Shown here: piece by piece, positions 61,701-64,000 of the stretch | Position numbering within the stretch: the first letter of the stretch is position 1 | Layout of the letters: each line of letters begins with the position of its first letter | From: Octopus bimaculoides | Lineage: Eukaryota | Assembly: GCF_001194135.2 (NCBI RefSeq) | Contig: NC_068982.1 | Span: 36,133,167 to 36,197,166, forward strand | Direction: 5' to 3' | Length of the DNA: 64,000 bases | Translations under genes and position numbers: made by a program | The notes under the pieces: model-generated | The model's database searches: none | Told to the model about the DNA's origin: nothing | Seen by the model: the letters and a program-made list of their open reading frames with translations, nothing else

Positions 61701-63194
61701 AAGGGACATGGACATGTTTCCCTTGCAATTCCACCAACCGAATAAAAGAACATGTCAAAATGATGTGCTGTGTGTGCAGTGCACAGCTGCCACAAAGAGA
61801 TGAGATATGCACAGACTGTCATGTCCCATTATGTAATACACTCTGTTTTCATATTCACCATACCAAAGTTAATTTTTTATGTTTTGTTAAGCCAATATAC
61901 AATATTTGTCTGACTTACACTGTTGGGCGATCTTATTCCAGTAGTAATACCACAGGAGCGTTTGGCCCAGTGATAACAGTTTACATACATAAACAGTGCT
62001 TACTTTATAGTGGTTAACATAAATATACACTGAACCATTGTTGTGTGCGGAGTGCTGACCTCAGCTGAGATGATTACTGTTGGTGTAGCCTAGTTGCCTG
62101 ATAAACATCCATTGTCATGGGGTAAACTGTCATTAAATAATTACAATAGTCTCCCTTATTTTTTTTAAATACAAAATGATATTGATTTTTAATGATCCTT
62201 CTACTAACAAAAGTGCAATTCTTAAAATATAAGATTTATTCAGAATACCATATTCATTTCTTCTTTTTTAATTCATCAATCTTCACTTTTCAGTAACCAG
62301 GTTCTTCTGTCTTACAAACTTGTACTTACAATGTTTTTATTAAAGAAGTAATTCAGTGAGGAAATACCTTACCTGAATAGCAGTGTTTAGTGTGAAGTTA
62401 AGAGCTTCTACAACATGAGGGATGCGATTCCATTTGCGCCGTAAACCTTTGCCTTGTTCATATGTACGAAGAGCAATAAGTACTGAGTAAGGATGTATCC
62501 TGTCAAAAGACAAAACCATGGTAATGGAATGATTCTTTTACAACTCATTATTTCTATATTTCCAAGTTAGCAGGTTGCACATTTTTGCTTAAGTGAGTTC
62601 TCCCACAAAGTCACAATGAGATATGAATATTTTTATCAAATAGAAGTCTAGTAGTCTATCTTTTAAATAAAGGAAACTGGTTTTCTATACTAGTAACTGA
62701 AAGCAGAATAAGAATTAGATTCAAACTGACTGGTACCACCAATCAATATTATTCAAAGGTTAAATGCTGATATTAATTTGGCTAGAATGTTTCCAAATAT
62801 GTTTTAGCAGAATCATTTTTAAGGAAACAAAAACTGAACTGCAACTCAAACTCTGAAATACTTTAAGAATACAATATGCAAAATAGAAAATAGCATAGCT
62901 TCCAAATTTACTGATGATGTTTATGTTACTGTTATTAGAAAATTTGATGTTAATAAAATTTTTAAAAAAACCCTAAAAAGCAAAAAGAAACAAGCTGAAC
63001 CAATATCTTTTAAAAGCAAATCCAGTTTTATTCTAAACTCACTTGCTAGAAAGGATTTCATCGGTATTCTTTAGTCGTTCAATAATGTGTTTAGATGTGT
63101 CATTAGCTGGTTCTAACAAACCCTGACTTGCGATCTTGGAAATATTTTGTAACAACATAGGCAGAGGCAGTCTATATGCAAGAGTGTTCCATAC
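55640..63194 (-). CDS. RO60: Ro60/TROVE-family ribonucleoprotein (60 kDa SS-A/Ro-like), last 5 exons, 5'-partial; complement(join(55640..55772,59198..59367,59479..59724,62373..62499,63043..63194))
   Basis: Five GT-AG exons in phase (275 aa): VWNTLAYRLPLPMLLQNISKIASQGLLEP; KIHPYSVLIALRTYEQGKG; PSTGKRFLVAV; DLSLPVKWA..DVFLVITD..MKLYRTKMDMPNAK; FADPSDNGMLDIAGFDENAPRVIHDFVLGNL*. Colinear with the C-terminal half of vertebrate RO60 as recalled; ortholog versus paralog status is unknown. Confidence 0.9.
57468..57815 (-). mobile_element. Young SINE family B, CpG retained
   Basis: (atc)n-gtttaacgtccgctttccatgctagcatggg..; highly similar to 63768-64000. Confidence 0.9.
58660..59165 (+). mobile_element. 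SINE family B interrupted by a tRNA-headed V/Meta-like SINE (about 58830-59065)
   Basis: Family B body to ..ccatccaaccatg, then tggcttagtag (A box), gtttcgattcc (B box) and ctgcaatggactggcatcccatcc core, then family B resumes at ccatgccagcatgg-(gat)n. Confidence 0.7.
59198..59367 (-). CDS. RO60: Ro60-like exon
   Basis: tttatag|TTG CTG..GCA AA|gtaata; LLQNARDLSLPVKWAIAKKSLIDVFLVITDCRECISDISPGEAMKLYRTKMDMPNA. Confidence 0.92.
59479..59724 (-). CDS. RO60: Ro60-like exon (vWFA start)
   Basis: taatag|AAT GTG CCA..TTC CCA|gtgagt; NVPSTGKRFLVAVKADDNVFRNAVRGAPVISTKLAAALMSMIIAHKEDD. Confidence 0.92.
60560..62017 (+). mobile_element. Degenerate piggyBac transposase relics (two partial copies), antisense within a Ro60-like intron
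   Basis: DKR.., MKP..YNHTIGGV..DQL, KWYKKLFLYMVDMTLENSF and the C-terminal Cys-rich CCVC..CTDCHVPLCNTLCFHIHH; TTAACCC at 61174. Confidence 0.85.
62373..62499 (-). CDS. RO60: Ro60-like exon
   Basis: tgacag|G ATA CAT CCT..CAG|gtaagg; IHPYSVLIALRTYEQGKGLRRKWNRIPHVVEALNFTLNTAIQ. Confidence 0.92.
63043..63194 (-). CDS. RO60: Ro60-like exon (TROVE domain)
   Basis: ttttag|GTA TGG..AGC AA|gtgagt. Confidence 0.9.
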
Positions 63195-63282
63195 CTAAAA
63201 TTACAAAAAGAAAACCAAAGCAGGAGAATCAAATATTAAATACCAGCACCAATAACAATGATAATAATAATCCTTTCTAATA

Positions 63283-63465
63283 TAGGTACAAGACCAATAA
63301 TTTCGGCGGGAGGGGATAAATTGATTACATTGACCCCAGTGTTCAAATGGTACTTATTTTATCGACCCCCAAAAAGATGAAAAGCAAAGTCAACCATGGC
63401 GGAATTTGAACTGAGAACAAGAAGAAGCATTTTGCTTGGTGTGCTCATAATTCTGCCAGCTCGCA
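63283..63465 (-). mobile_element. SINE family A
   Basis: ggtacttattttatcgacccccaaaaagatgaaaagcaaagtcaaccatggcggaatttgaactg. Confidence 0.85.
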
Positions 63466-63767
63466 GCCTCAATGACAACAACGGTGACAGTGGCGGTACG
63501 ACAGCAACAACAATAAATGCAAAAGATTGTTTTAACTGATATGTTACACATTTTGAGAAGAGCATTGTTGCTTTGAGAATGATTACCACCCATCTAATTT
63601 GTTTGTTTTTTTCCACATAACCTCAATTCATTTTGAAAATGAACAATCTGATGTGTTTGATTTAATGGCTTATCAATGTATAACAGTGAATTTCTTTGCC
63701 CTACATGTTGAGAAGACACTCAACAAGAAATGGAAACAAAATTGAAAGAAGAAAAACTAATAATAAT

Positions 63768-64000
63768 CATCATCATCATCATCGTTTAACGTCCGCTTTC
63801 CATGCTAGCATGGGTTGGACGATTTGACTGAGGACTGGAGAAACCGGATGGCAACACCAGGCTCCAGTCTGATTTGGCAGAGTTTCTACAGCTGGATGCC
63901 CTTCCTAACGCCAACCACTCAGAGAGTGTAGTGGGTGCTTTTACGTGTCACCCGCACGAAAACGGCCACGCTTGAAATGGTGTCTTTTATGTGCCACCCG
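63768..64000 (-). mobile_element. Young SINE family B, truncated by the window edge
   Basis: (atc)n-gtttaacgtccgctttccatgctagcatgggttggacg..gatgcccttcctaacgccaaccactc. Confidence 0.9.

Noticed and set aside
462-63194. U12-type (minor) introns
   Set aside because: None of the inferred donors matches GTATCCTT or ATATCCTT; all are ordinary GT-AG.
462-63194. UBAC1, dioxygenase and Ro60-like genes as a co-functional cluster
   Set aside because: No shared pathway is known, and adjacency alone in an animal genome is not evidence. Conserved microsynteny and co-expression data would be required.
43000-64000. Y RNA or stem-bulge RNA gene near the Ro60-like gene
   Set aside because: By eye I found no GG(C/U)UGGUCCGA...UUGAC(U/C)AGCC-type stem with an oligo-T terminator. 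A covariance-model (Infernal) search would be needed to exclude a divergent one.

Overview
This is AT-rich eukaryotic genomic DNA with three assembly gaps. The SINE, MITE and microsatellite landscape suggests a coleoid cephalopod, probably Octopus (inference). I reconstructed three spliced genes by hand, all with GT-AG junctions and consistent phases. (1) UBAC1/KPC2 on +, 9 exons at 462-12814, with its 5' end upstream of the window. (2) A PhyH-family Fe(II)/2-oxoglutarate dioxygenase on -, 10 exons at 21759-40386, about 380 aa, with an intact HQD...H...R set. (3) The last 5 exons of a Ro60/TROVE-family gene on - (55640-63194), whose vWFA metal site (MIDAS) is degenerate. An intron of the dioxygenase gene holds a canonical histone H3 pseudogene that has decayed mostly by CpG transitions and keeps a degenerate histone stem-loop. 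The rest is SINEs, RTE/CR1/Penelope remnants, mariner/Tc1, piggyBac and hAT relics, and microsatellites. I found no CRISPR array, true tRNA/rRNA gene or recognisable Y RNA. The best candidate for new biology is the MIDAS-less Ro60-like protein. Family assignments rest on motifs recalled from memory, not on database searches, and repeat boundaries are approximate unless a TIR or TSD is quoted.
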